Part shown: positions 16,151-24,600 of the stretch, piece by piece | Layout: the number at the start of each line of letters is the position of its first letter | How positions within the stretch are numbered: position 1 is the first letter of the stretch | Sequence record: PZ809289.1 | Source: a phage | DNA: 64,000 nucleotides | Reading direction: 5' to 3' (one strand) | Translations under genes and position numbers: made by a program | Notes under the pieces: model-generated | Seen by the model: the letters and a program-made list of their open reading frames with translations, nothing else | What the model was told of the DNA's origin: nothing | Database searches by the model: none

Positions 16151-17161
16151 ATGACTCGTACTGAATACATCAATGCCTTTACTACGTATATCACTACCAA
16201 CACCCCTCCGTTAACCCCATACGAGGTAATAGTTTCTAATATCAATAAATGGGTCGACCAAATTGATGATGCATTATCGCGCTGTTTCAAAGCTGAAATC
16301 GAAAAGATTGCAGGCCGTTTGTGCATTCATGATATCATTAAAACATTTAAAGGTTCTCGACTGCTTTCGCGCCTGGTCAATAAGGACATCCTTTCTGAGT
16401 TCGGTAAAGAGAAATATCCAGGTTCCAACCGTGTTGTTAACTACAAATGGTTTGGTGATACCATAAAAGGTTATATCAAAATTAAAGGTATGGACCCTAA
16501 TAGTTTATTTCCGCAACGTTGGGTTAGCGAATTCAAGGCTAACTCTGCATTAATTCTCAAAGCGGCCTCTAAAACTATAGTTTCCGGTGATTGTCGTACT
16601 ATTCACCCGATGGCTAATTGCATGATTAAAACAAATAGTTATAAAGGAAAAGCTATTATTTCTGTTATTTGGTCACCTAATAGGAAACCTAAAGATGATG
16701 TGGAAGTTGTAAAGTATCAAGATATTGCTTACGATACCTTGAATACTATCGAACAAGCTTTAGCTCTGATGGATACCGTAGAGAAATATGAGACCCAAGA
16801 AGTTAAACACCACTTAGGCTGGAAAGGATATGAAGTCTTAGTAACAGTCCGTGAAATCAAATGTACCGTTCCAAAAACTGATGCTGAAATTTACAAAGAA
16901 AAATGTGAGGAAATTGTGAACACTGATAAAGAGCCTGCTACATTAGAAGATTTGATTAACGACTTGAACAGCCCTATCATGGCCCCTACACCAATTACTA
17001 AATCCAAGTTACCGGAAGTCGTTGCCTTGGAAAAAGCGTATAAAGACGCCCTTGCTATCAACAAAAAACTGGCCGGGCAATATACTGCTGCCAAGAAACT
17101 TTGGGAAGAGTCTACCAATCGTTTAGACCGTCTTGAACAAGCTCTGGAGCTGTTGAAATGA
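16151..17161 (+). CDS. Hypothetical protein (336 aa)
   Basis: RBS ACTGAGGAG. Confidence 0.55.
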   Translation: MTRTEYINAFTTYITTNTPPLTPYEVIVSNINKWVDQIDDALSRCFKAEIEKIAGRLCIHDIIKTFKGSRLLSRLVNKDILSEFGKEKYPGSNRVVNYKWFGDTIKGYIKIKGMDPNSLFPQRWVSEFKANSALILKAASKTIVSGDCRTIHPMANCMIKTNSYKGKAIISVIWSPNRKPKDDVEVVKYQDIAYDTLNTIEQALALMDTVEKYETQEVKHHLGWKGYEVLVTVREIKCTVPKTDAEIYKEKCEEIVNTDKEPATLEDLINDLNSPIMAPTPITKSKLPEVVALEKAYKDALAINKKLAGQYTAAKKLWEESTNRLDRLEQALELLK

Positions 17162-17379
17162 AATACCAATTAGCTGAAGATATTGACCAAACTATTCCTG
17201 ATTGGAATGCCATTATTAAAATTGTCGAACGTCGTGAAAAAGCTTCTAAGAACGTTCCGAACTGTCCGGAATGTGGAACTGAACAGGTTCAATTGGTCCA
17301 TTGGCAGACTAGTAATCTTCGTTACAAATGCCGCCATTGTAAACATAAATTTGAGCGAGAAGAAAATGGCAAAGCGTAA
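17158..17379 (+). CDS. Small zinc-ribbon protein (73 aa)
   Basis: CPECG...17 residues...CRHC four-Cys arrangement; ATGA coupling. Confidence 0.5.
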   Translation: MKYQLAEDIDQTIPDWNAIIKIVERREKASKNVPNCPECGTEQVQLVHWQTSNLRYKCRHCKHKFEREENGKA

Positions 17380-17602
17380 AGAATATGTAGAGGCTGCCGA
17401 TAAGGCAGTCCGCGAACTTACTCTAGCTTATTATAAAGAGCACGGTAAATTTCCGGACAGTTATTCAGTATTGAAATCTGCTTTAACTCGCTCGTATAAT
17501 AATATACTATCTGATGTGTATAATTTAAAATATGAGCACATGGAAAAATATGGAACAGAACTTGACCGTTCTGAAGCATTCAAACAAATATTAGGAATTT
17601 AA
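17366..17602 (+). CDS. Hypothetical protein (78 aa)
   Basis: [15 protein letters not shown]...; RBS GAGAAGAAA; track ORF 17183 extends upstream in same frame. Confidence 0.45.
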   Translation: MAKRKEYVEAADKAVRELTLAYYKEHGKFPDSYSVLKSALTRSYNNILSDVYNLKYEHMEKYGTELDRSEAFKQILGI

Positions 17603-17603
17603 A

Positions 17604-17867
17604 ATGTTTAAAGTTTATGGTTATGATTCAAATATTCACCGTTGTGTTTTCTGTGATAATGCCAAACGACTGCTTGATGTTAAGAAACAACCTTACGAAT
17701 TCATTAACGTGATGCCGGAAAAAGGTGTATTTGATGATGAGAAGATTGCTCAACTCCTGGCTGCGCTTGGTCGCGAATCTCAAATCGGTTTGACCATGCC
17801 GCAAGTATTTGCTCCGGACGGAACTTCTATTGGTGGCTTTGACCAACTGCGAGCGTATTTCAAATGA
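17604..17867 (+). CDS. nrdC: Thioredoxin/glutaredoxin NrdC
   Basis: MFKVYGYDSNIHRCVFCDNAKRLLDVKKQPYEFINVMPEKGVFDDEKIAQLL... near-identical to T4 NrdC (87 aa). Confidence 0.9.
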   Translation: MFKVYGYDSNIHRCVFCDNAKRLLDVKKQPYEFINVMPEKGVFDDEKIAQLLAALGRESQIGLTMPQVFAPDGTSIGGFDQLRAYFK

Positions 17868-18034
17868 TTGAATTAATGTTGGTTGTTTTGTATCTTATCA
17901 TCGGTATTGGTTATGCTAAGACCCTAGCTAAATTAGATGATTCAGGTGACTTTTGTTGGTGGTTGACGTCTATGATTTGTTGGCCTTTATTTCTGGTTGG
18001 TGCTTCATTCTGGAACTTCAAATGATTGAATTAA
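17859..18034 (+). repeat. Direct repeat of 18-bp junction TTCAAATGATTGAATTAA flanking a small ORF
   Basis: Copies at 17859-17876 and 18017-18034; each supplies a stop plus overlapping ATG so both downstream ORFs begin MIEL. Confidence 0.7.
17864..18025 (+). CDS. Hypothetical small membrane protein (53 aa)
   Basis: MIELMLVVLYLIIGIGYAKTL...; ATGA coupling with nrdC; not in ORF track (<60 aa). Confidence 0.4.
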   Translation: MIELMLVVLYLIIGIGYAKTLAKLDDSGDFCWWLTSMICWPLFLVGASFWNFK

Positions 18035-18330
18035 ACGAACAAACCATTTTTCTAGGTGATGGTACCGAAGATGACCTGGAATATAAACTATACGAATATA
18101 TGGTTTGGTTGGCTAAAGCAGAAGGTATAGACTTTGCTGTAGCCCATCCATATGGCGAGAACACTGTTGTAATCGGCGGCACCGCTTACGAAGTCCAATG
18201 GCAATACGTTGGCCTTGAATCTGAAGAATTTGAAGAAGATGAACACGGTGATTGGCATCCAGTCGGTCCTTGGTACTGGGAACACGGTGAACCTGATTTT
18301 GAAGTAAGTAGTTGGTGGTGTGACCGTTAA
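18022..18330 (+). CDS. Hypothetical acidic protein (102 aa)
   Basis: MIELNEQTIFLGDG...; ATGA coupling. Confidence 0.5.
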   Translation: MIELNEQTIFLGDGTEDDLEYKLYEYMVWLAKAEGIDFAVAHPYGENTVVIGGTAYEVQWQYVGLESEEFEEDEHGDWHPVGPWYWEHGEPDFEVSSWWCDR

Positions 18331-18385
18331 GCCATGGTATGTCGCTCGGTGGGATACGATAGAACCTACCGAGCCAGAGGAACCC

Positions 18386-18415
18386 GTTTACAACGATTCC
18401 GAAATAGAGTATAAT
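18386..18415 (+). promoter_or_regulatory. Early promoter-like element (GTTTAC, 18 bp, TATAAT)
   Basis: GTTTAC 18386-18391, TATAAT 18410-18415. Confidence 0.5.
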
Positions 18416-18461
18416 GAACCTTCAAACAATGATTTAATTGATATGGAATATGGGTTTTACT

Positions 18462-18647
18462 ATGAAAACTGAACTGATTTATACTGAAAAGTTAAATGGC
18501 GGTAAAGTCTGGAAACTTCTTATTAAAGGAAGTCCTACTGATCAGTTTATGGCCACTTGTGTAGGGTTATACACCCGTCCTACTAAAAAGATGATTCGTC
18601 AATTTAAACGGTTGCATCGCTCGTTTTATAGTACATTTGAAAAATAA
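18462..18647 (+). CDS. Hypothetical protein (61 aa; alternative starts TTG 18438 or ATG 18450)
   Basis: ORF downstream of promoter; start uncertain. Confidence 0.4.
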   Translation: MKTELIYTEKLNGGKVWKLLIKGSPTDQFMATCVGLYTRPTKKMIRQFKRLHRSFYSTFEK

Positions 18648-18682
18648 TAAATACCCTTATCTAATAATGGTAAGGGTTTATT

Positions 18683-19156
18683 ATGTTGTTGACCGGCAAA
18701 TTATACAAAGAAGAAAAACAAAAACTTTATGATGCACAATGTGGTAAGTGTTTGATTTGTAAACGTGAATTAAACCCTGATGTTCAAAGTAACCACCTTG
18801 ACCACGACCATGAATTGAACGGGCCAAAAGCCGGTAAGGTTCGTGGTTTACTATGTAACCTGTGCAATGCTGCAGAAGGACAAATGAAGCATAAGTTCAA
18901 CCGTTCTGGTCTTAAAGGTCAAAACGTTGACTACCTCGAATGGTTAGAGAATTTGCTGGTCTATCTGAAAGCTGATTATACTGAAAACAATATTCATCCT
19001 AATTTCGTTCCTGATAAAACCAAAGAGTTCAGCAGGTTGGGTAAGGAAGAAATGATTGCTGAAATGCTTTCACACGGAATGACTTATAATGAATCTGCCA
19101 CTAAGAAACAAATGGTGGATTCATTCAAAAAACAACTGAGGAAATCGCTTAAATGA
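18683..19156 (+). CDS. 49: Endonuclease VII (Holliday-junction resolvase)
   Basis: MLLTGKLYKEEKQKLYDAQCGKCLICKRELNPDVQSNHLDHDHELNGPKAGKVRGLLCNLCNAAEG... near-identical to T4 gp49 (157 aa). Confidence 0.95.
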   Translation: MLLTGKLYKEEKQKLYDAQCGKCLICKRELNPDVQSNHLDHDHELNGPKAGKVRGLLCNLCNAAEGQMKHKFNRSGLKGQNVDYLEWLENLLVYLKADYTENNIHPNFVPDKTKEFSRLGKEEMIAEMLSHGMTYNESATKKQMVDSFKKQLRKSLK

Positions 19157-19278
19157 TTAATTTTTATGGCTACACATTTTATGCTTTAGCCGAATCTCTG
19201 AATGATGCGGTGCGTATTATGGGTGTTGAGTATCCTGCTCAATGGTTATTTGTTGTAACTAACATGTGGGTTCTTTAA
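19153..19278 (+). CDS. Hypothetical small protein (41 aa)
   Basis: ATGA coupling with gene 49; below track cutoff. Confidence 0.35.
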   Translation: MINFYGYTFYALAESLNDAVRIMGVEYPAQWLFVVTNMWVL

Positions 19279-19493
19279 TGAATAAATTTCGTAATGCTGT
19301 TTCTGATATCCTGGCTAATATAACATTGGTTCTGTTTATCGTATGCCTTTTAATCCTGGCTATTCCGTTTGGATTGCTGTTCATGATTATTGGTGCTCTG
19401 AGTACTGAAAAAGGTCTTGAAGGGTCCGAGTTCGACAAACGAATCCAGGCTGTTCATAGTGTTATTGCAAAAATGATGAAGGTGAAAGAATGA
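19278..19493 (+). CDS. Hypothetical membrane protein (71 aa)
   Basis: MNKFRNAVSDILANITLVLFIVCLLILAIPFGLLFMIIGAL; track start is GTG 19266. Confidence 0.5.
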   Translation: MNKFRNAVSDILANITLVLFIVCLLILAIPFGLLFMIIGALSTEKGLEGSEFDKRIQAVHSVIAKMMKVKE

Positions 19494-19786
19494 AACGTTT
19501 TGAAGAATATGTAGCTTTGAATTGGACCGCTTGGGACAAGTTTGGTGATGATTGGTACTTCCATGACTGTGACCTGAACCCTGAATTCTTTAAAGGTAAG
19601 GAAGACGACCTCAAGGACATCTATGCTCTGTCAGAGATTCATGGTATTAAACCTACTGTCTATTTCTCTTTTGATGATACCGGGTTCCTTATCCAGATTT
19701 ACGTCCCATACGGAACTAATGAAGACGAAGTTCTAAAAACTTGGGACTACCAAGGAGTTATTTCCTGTGGACCAAAAGTTAACTAA
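19490..19786 (+). CDS. Hypothetical protein (98 aa)
   Basis: ATGA coupling. Confidence 0.5.
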   Translation: MKRFEEYVALNWTAWDKFGDDWYFHDCDLNPEFFKGKEDDLKDIYALSEIHGIKPTVYFSFDDTGFLIQIYVPYGTNEDEVLKTWDYQGVISCGPKVN

Positions 19787-20084
19787 AATTGAGATTTACG
19801 GTATCCCTGAGACAGTCATGCGCTGTCCAGGGTGCATTGCTGTTCTATCGCTCCTAAATTCCCTTTCTATCCCACATACTTTCTATCCTGTGATTAATCA
19901 GACGCCGTCAGGCGCAGTATATGACAAGCCTCTTATAGTATCATTGGCCAAACGTGCAGGCTTCAAGAGCTTAGCGATACGCTATCCTGTCATATTTGTC
20001 GATAATAAGAAAATAGAAAATATTCCTGCCTTCAAATCGCTTTTGATTGAACTTGGTTATGACCAAGATTTAATTGAAGATTAG
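19767..20084 (+). CDS. Glutaredoxin/thioredoxin-fold protein with CPGC motif (NrdH-like position)
   Basis: GTG start; KIEIYG beta-strand followed by CPGC redox motif. Confidence 0.5.
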   Translation: MDQKLTKIEIYGIPETVMRCPGCIAVLSLLNSLSIPHTFYPVINQTPSGAVYDKPLIVSLAKRAGFKSLAIRYPVIFVDNKKIENIPAFKSLLIELGYDQDLIED

Positions 20085-20085
20085 T

Positions 20086-20114
20086 ATTTACTTCCTCTCC
20101 TCACGTGTTATAGT
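20086..20114 (+). promoter_or_regulatory. Early promoter variant with stem-loop (PeSL-like)
   Basis: ATTTAC 20086-20091, TATAGT 20109-20114, CCTATCAAC box; 13-bp near-perfect inverted repeat pairing spacer with SD GAGGAG. Confidence 0.5.
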
Positions 20115-20143
20115 CTATCCTATCAACACATGAGGAGAACATT

Positions 20144-20326
20144 ATGACTATCCAAGATAAAGAAATTAAAGCCGACCAGTATTATTCAGTAAATGGCTAC
20201 CCTGTTCAAGTAACAAAGGTAACAAATCTCGATGTATGGTATCAACCTTTGACTCACCCTGATGCTCCATTGATGGTGTGTGACCGTTCTTTATTTTGTT
20301 CAGTAGCTAAGGAAATTAAATCATGA
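20144..20326 (+). CDS. Hypothetical protein (60 aa)
   Basis: RBS GAGGAG. Confidence 0.5.
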   Translation: MTIQDKEIKADQYYSVNGYPVQVTKVTNLDVWYQPLTHPDAPLMVCDRSLFCSVAKEIKS

Positions 20327-20577
20327 GTCTGAAATTACATTCAATGAAAAATATCATTACCCTTAATCTGGATGATGAGCGCCTGATTTTTCTCACCGTC
20401 ACTGATAAGAATATTGAAATTGCAAATGGTCCTAAGACTTATTGTTGCCCGGTGAAGAATTGGAAACATGTAACCTTTTTGACCCTGTGCGACCGTCTGA
20501 AAGATATTAAGTTAGATTTGGATGTCAAAGATGTCCAATACATTAAAAATCTTATTGGATACAAACTGCTGAGGTAA
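20323..20577 (+). CDS. Hypothetical protein (84 aa)
   Basis: ATGA coupling. Confidence 0.5.
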   Translation: MSLKLHSMKNIITLNLDDERLIFLTVTDKNIEIANGPKTYCCPVKNWKHVTFLTLCDRLKDIKLDLDVKDVQYIKNLIGYKLLR

Positions 20578-20579
20578 CT

Positions 20580-20873
20580 ATGGGTAAAACTATTCGTCGT
20601 AAAGAATTGTCTGTAAAAGATTTTTATTATTCCGGACGTCGTAAAGCACCGGACGGCGTAAGTCAGGAACTGGTTGAAGAAAATATCTTCCGTTCCGACA
20701 AGTGGAAACGTATGCGCGGTGTTGATTCTGAAGTTAAGAACGAAATGAACCGCCAGCTTCGTAAAGAAGTGAGAAAGCTGAAAAAAGATGTTTACAATGA
20801 CGATGAACCTGATTACAATACTTCTCATCGAGTTGCAAAACGTAAATCAAACGAATGTTATCGTTATAGCTGA
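20580..20873 (+). CDS. Hypothetical basic protein (97 aa)
   Basis: RBS GAGG; K/R-rich. Confidence 0.5.
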   Translation: MGKTIRRKELSVKDFYYSGRRKAPDGVSQELVEENIFRSDKWKRMRGVDSEVKNEMNRQLRKEVRKLKKDVYNDDEPDYNTSHRVAKRKSNECYRYS

Positions 20874-20880
20874 GGAAAAT

Positions 20881-21012
20881 ATGAATATCAAACGAATGCT
20901 TTTTAAGCAAGGACTATACACTTTAAATGTTAGTCCAAAGGGCGATACAACCACGTGGTCAGTAAATGACTGGATTAAATTCATTGATAAACACGGAAAC
21001 TGGAAAATTTAA
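20881..21012 (+). CDS. Hypothetical small protein (43 aa)
   Basis: RBS GAGGAAAAT; track ORF 20788 extends upstream in frame. Confidence 0.4.
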   Translation: MNIKRMLFKQGLYTLNVSPKGDTTTWSVNDWIKFIDKHGNWKI

Positions 21013-21213
21013 ATGAATCCTGAATCTAAATTATCACAGCGAATTGCTGAAGCTCGTCGTCAGTTCTTTGAAAATATGATAGCCCAAGGTATTGATGACG
21101 AAGTTTTTCTGAACTGGTTTTGGAACCACAAATATTCAAGTTGTTCAGGCGCTTTATTAATTTCAGCTGCATCTATGTACGAAGGCTGGAAAGGTGCAAT
21201 GAGTCAAAAATAG
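21013..21213 (+). CDS. Hypothetical protein (66 aa)
   Basis: TAAATG coupling. Confidence 0.45.
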   Translation: MNPESKLSQRIAEARRQFFENMIAQGIDDEVFLNWFWNHKYSSCSGALLISAASMYEGWKGAMSQK

Positions 21214-21242
21214 TTTACAAACTCTTGGGACCAGAGTATAAT
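21213..21242 (+). promoter_or_regulatory. Early promoter-like element (GTTTAC, 18 bp, TATAAT)
   Basis: GTTTAC 21213-21218, TATAAT 21237-21242; GGACC/GGTCC hairpin across -10. Confidence 0.55.
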
Positions 21243-21281
21243 GGTCCTACGGATTATAACTTTAAAACTGAGGAAATTATT

Positions 21282-21611
21282 ATGTCACAAGCTATTAAAA
21301 ACGTACTGAACTCTTTCGCTTTCGATAAAGTAAACGAACTGATGAAAACAGGTTTTGTAACTCCTCAGGTTCTTGACCAATGGGTTGCTGAACTGTTACC
21401 TATCATGCACTCTAAAGACCAGAAAATTGGTAAGAACGGTATTCGTGAAATCCTGGTTCAATATATCCTCGATGAATTCGATGTCGCTGCCTTTGGTGTA
21501 GAATCTAAAGCTTGGTGCCCTGGTGAAATCACGGATAAAACTATCCGTCGTATGAAAAACCAACGTAAGAAAAAATTCGTCGACCTGAAAATTGTTAAGG
21601 CAGCTAAATGA
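21282..21611 (+). CDS. Hypothetical protein (109 aa); leader and first codons shared with ORF 14162
   Basis: RBS ACTGAGGA; N-terminus MSQAI. Confidence 0.55.
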   Translation: MSQAIKNVLNSFAFDKVNELMKTGFVTPQVLDQWVAELLPIMHSKDQKIGKNGIREILVQYILDEFDVAAFGVESKAWCPGEITDKTIRRMKNQRKKKFVDLKIVKAAK

Positions 21612-21856
21612 ATAATTTGCCTGAGGGTGTATCGGTTATAATAGTCCTTAAAGCTTTAGCCGGGTTCCAACGTACACCCATGATGAATAATATTGAAACT
21701 ATTATAAAAGCGGCTAAGATGCTAAGTGGAAGTCATCGTGATTTCAGGATATTTCCTATAAGCTCTAAAACCACTTATATGAAAATGCCTGACCCAAAAA
21801 TAGCTTGGGATGAAGGCATGACATTAAATGAATTTGAGGATTATTTGAATGATTAA
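21608..21856 (+). CDS. Hypothetical protein (82 aa)
   Basis: ATGA coupling. Confidence 0.5.
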   Translation: MNNLPEGVSVIIVLKALAGFQRTPMMNNIETIIKAAKMLSGSHRDFRIFPISSKTTYMKMPDPKIAWDEGMTLNEFEDYLND

Positions 21857-22115
21857 AATAAAACTCTCTAATTACGATAAAAACTTGGAAATGATTGCTA
21901 TGAAAGAAGAACTCTTGAATGATGTCCGCTTTACCGGTTATGCAGTTCAATTTAATGGTGATGGGACTCTCCAGATTGAGGGTGACCACTTTATCATCGA
22001 ATACGAATTTAAACAGTACTGGCTTTATGCGAAGGATGAAGTTGGCGGTGTTGATTACGTCGACGAGTTCGATAACCTAGATGACGCATTGGAAGGAGCT
22101 CGATTCCTACAATGA
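21849..22115 (+). CDS. Hypothetical acidic protein (88 aa)
   Basis: Overlapping start. Confidence 0.5.
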   Translation: MIKIKLSNYDKNLEMIAMKEELLNDVRFTGYAVQFNGDGTLQIEGDHFIIEYEFKQYWLYAKDEVGGVDYVDEFDNLDDALEGARFLQ

Positions 22116-22375
22116 AACCCATATCCACCACCCTCGCCTACGAAGGTCTCGGATTTTTCTTAATAGATAACTGTATGGATGTTGAGTTTGTTTGTGGTGA
22201 GACTTCTTTAGTATGGAAGTCTCATATTTCCAAATACAACCATCGCGAATATCCAGGTCTTTTTAAAGAATTTTGTGGATATATGTCTGAACATGGATGT
22301 ACTGATACAATTTCTTATTCCGAGTTCACACAAATCCTTGAAACCGTATTTCAGGCTTATTGCTTACTCCGTTGA
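22112..22375 (+). CDS. Hypothetical protein (87 aa)
   Basis: ATGA coupling. Confidence 0.5.
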   Translation: MKPISTTLAYEGLGFFLIDNCMDVEFVCGETSLVWKSHISKYNHREYPGLFKEFCGYMSEHGCTDTISYSEFTQILETVFQAYCLLR

Positions 22376-22441
22376 TGCTTTAAAAGGGTCTTCAAATACT
22401 ATGATATAATAGACCTATGATTTGAGTTATCTGAGGTAACA

Positions 22442-22999
22442 ATGACCGAAATTAAACTGACTAAAAATAACTATGTAAATAATAAGGAGCTTCTGAAAGC
22501 TATCACCCAATGGAAAACAGAACTCAGAGAAAATACCGATCCTAATAAAATAGTTCGCCAGAACGACGTTATCGGCTTGGCTATTATGCTCATTGCTGAA
22601 GGACTAAGTAAACGTTTCAACTTCTCAGGATATACCCAATCTTGGAAGCAAGAAATGATTGCTGATGGAATCGAAGCTTCGATTAAAGGTCTTCACAACT
22701 TCGACGAAACAAAATACGACAACCCACATGCATATATCACTATGGCTTGTTTTAATGCCTTCGTTCAGCGTATCAAAAAAGAACGTAAAGAAATGGCAAA
22801 GAAATATAGCTACTTCGTCCATAATGTCTATGACAGTAATGATGACGACATGGTAGGTATTGCAGATGAAACCTTTATCCAAGATATCTACGACAAAATG
22901 ACTCAGTATGAAACCTCTTTAACTAAAGCACCAGGGTCTGATAAGAGTGCCGAACCTAAAGTTGGTGAACTGGATTTTTTATATGGAACATCAGATTAA
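22442..22999 (+). CDS. 55: Late-transcription sigma factor gp55
   Basis: ...[91 protein letters not shown]... essentially T4 gp55 (185 aa). Confidence 0.95.
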   Translation: MTEIKLTKNNYVNNKELLKAITQWKTELRENTDPNKIVRQNDVIGLAIMLIAEGLSKRFNFSGYTQSWKQEMIADGIEASIKGLHNFDETKYDNPHAYITMACFNAFVQRIKKERKEMAKKYSYFVHNVYDSNDDDMVGIADETFIQDIYDKMTQYETSLTKAPGSDKSAEPKVGELDFLYGTSD

Positions 23000-23213
23000 T
23001 ATCACTCCACTTTTAGATGGAATGGAAGACTTCGAAGCACTCCCTTATTTTATTAAATTGATATTACGGGATGTTAAAGGTCTTCCTATTGATATTGACC
23101 CACTTAACGTCAGGAATATTGAATTCACTTCTCCTGACAATAACGTAGATTACCGTTATCATGTTGAGAACGCTAATTTCTACTTCACTATTGAATTGAC
23201 TCCAAAGGATTAA
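22983..23213 (+). CDS. Hypothetical protein (76 aa)
   Basis: ATG overlapping end of gene 55; track start 22947 further upstream. Confidence 0.45.
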   Translation: MEHQINITPLLDGMEDFEALPYFIKLILRDVKGLPIDIDPLNVRNIEFTSPDNNVDYRYHVENANFYFTIELTPKD

Positions 23214-23214
23214 T

Positions 23215-23526
23215 ATGCAAAGCCATGACATTTCTCAATTGACTGATGAGCAAATTGAAGAAGCCCAGCAACGTTTAGAAGAGCACAATATTAAAGAAGC
23301 TAATTCTCAAGCGGCTAAGATTCTTAAGAAGAATGCTCGTGAAATCCGTCGTTTAAATCTCCATGCCCAAGGCGCTGTACTTGAAAACAACTTTGAAGCA
23401 TATAAGTACGCTTTAATTAAATTACGTGGTATTTACCGTCAACCTGTTACTGATGAACTTGTTCAATTGATGTGGGAATCTACCCGCAAACAAATTTGGG
23501 AAATCGTCAATGGCCCTAGTAAATAA
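23215..23526 (+). CDS. Hypothetical protein (103 aa)
   Basis: RBS AAAGGA. Confidence 0.5.
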   Translation: MQSHDISQLTDEQIEEAQQRLEEHNIKEANSQAAKILKKNAREIRRLNLHAQGAVLENNFEAYKYALIKLRGIYRQPVTDELVQLMWESTRKQIWEIVNGPSK

Positions 23527-23710
23527 ACCCTTTAAACGGCTTCTTATTGGAGCCGCCTTTAGACTTCGCTCATACGGTAATATCTGTATTAAGCAGTCCG
23601 AAACCGAATATAAAATGGTCGGCCAGTATTCCGATGGAATTTTTCGGATTGAGCCCGTAGCCAAGGTTTGGGTAGATTCTCATCAACTTAAGAAATGGTG
23701 GCAACGATGA
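23510..23710 (+). CDS. Hypothetical protein (66 aa)
   Basis: ORF overlapping upstream end; weak RBS. Confidence 0.35.
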   Translation: MALVNKPFKRLLIGAAFRLRSYGNICIKQSETEYKMVGQYSDGIFRIEPVAKVWVDSHQLKKWWQR

Positions 23711-23768
23711 TAACGTGGACAGGCGGCTAATGAAAGACGAATACGAAAAAGTTTAAGAGGTTGTATGA

Positions 23769-23942
23769 ATGACGAATTCGATGGATTTTGATAAGATTAA
23801 ATCTGACAAAAATGAGATGATACTTCAATTTGAAGCCGCTCGTATTAAAGCAGAAAATGAAGGTACTATTACCTATAAGCCTATCAAGTTCAGGTCTAAT
23901 CACGAACCTCTGTACGGTGTATTAGTTGGTAAAGGAGCTTAG
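23769..23942 (+). CDS. Hypothetical small protein (57 aa)
   Basis: RBS AAGAGG; ends inside terminator stem; below track cutoff. Confidence 0.35.
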   Translation: MTNSMDFDKIKSDKNEMILQFEAARIKAENEGTITYKPIKFRSNHEPLYGVLVGKGA

Positions 23943-23953
23943 GCTCCTTTTTT
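23934..23953 (+). terminator. Rho-independent terminator (GGAGC-UUAG-GCUCC-U6)
   Basis: 5-bp GC stem, 4-nt loop, T-run. Confidence 0.7.
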
Positions 23954-23982
23954 GCTTTATATTCGGATGATAAAATAAATCT

Positions 23983-24600
23983 ATGAAATACATCACATAC
24001 CTGACAATATATTCCGGGACTAAGCTTCCACCGTTTTATATAGGGTCTACCACTTTAGAGAAGCATTCAAAAGGATATCACGGGAGTGTCCTTTCTAAAG
24101 CATATAAAGAAATCTATAAAAATGAGCTTTTAGAGCATCCAGAATTATTTGACTCATGTATTGTAAGTGAACACCCTACAAGAGAAGAGGCTTTAGAAGC
24201 TGAAAGAATGTACCAGTTAAGAACGGATGCGGCCCAAAATCCTCTATTCTTTAATAGGGCTGTCGCAGCTCCTAAAGGATTCTTTGGGCTTTCGCTACCT
24301 AAAGAGCAACACCCTCTTTACGGCTCTCATAATGCTAAAGGGTATATTCATTCCTATAATCCTATTACATTAGAACAAACCTTTGCACCTACAGTCCCCG
24401 AAGGATATGTAGAAGGTCGTTCACCTAATTATAAAGCATCTAGTCATAATAAGGGCAGGAAGTGGTATAATAACGGAATAGAACATAAACTGATTAACCC
24501 ATCTAATATTCCTGATGGGTGGGTCAAAGGTAAACTTCCTGGCTCTGCTTCTAAAGCAGCCTCCAAAATGTGGGAACGGATACGTAATGAAAATTCTTAA
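23983..24600 (+). CDS. GIY-YIG homing endonuclease (Seg-like), paralog of 56748
   Basis: MKYITYLTIYSGTKLPPFYIGST GIY-YIG core; NUMOD-like HPLYGSHNAKG; sits where T4 has alpha-gt (between 55 and 47). Confidence 0.75.
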   Translation: MKYITYLTIYSGTKLPPFYIGSTTLEKHSKGYHGSVLSKAYKEIYKNELLEHPELFDSCIVSEHPTREEALEAERMYQLRTDAAQNPLFFNRAVAAPKGFFGLSLPKEQHPLYGSHNAKGYIHSYNPITLEQTFAPTVPEGYVEGRSPNYKASSHNKGRKWYNNGIEHKLINPSNIPDGWVKGKLPGSASKAASKMWERIRNENS

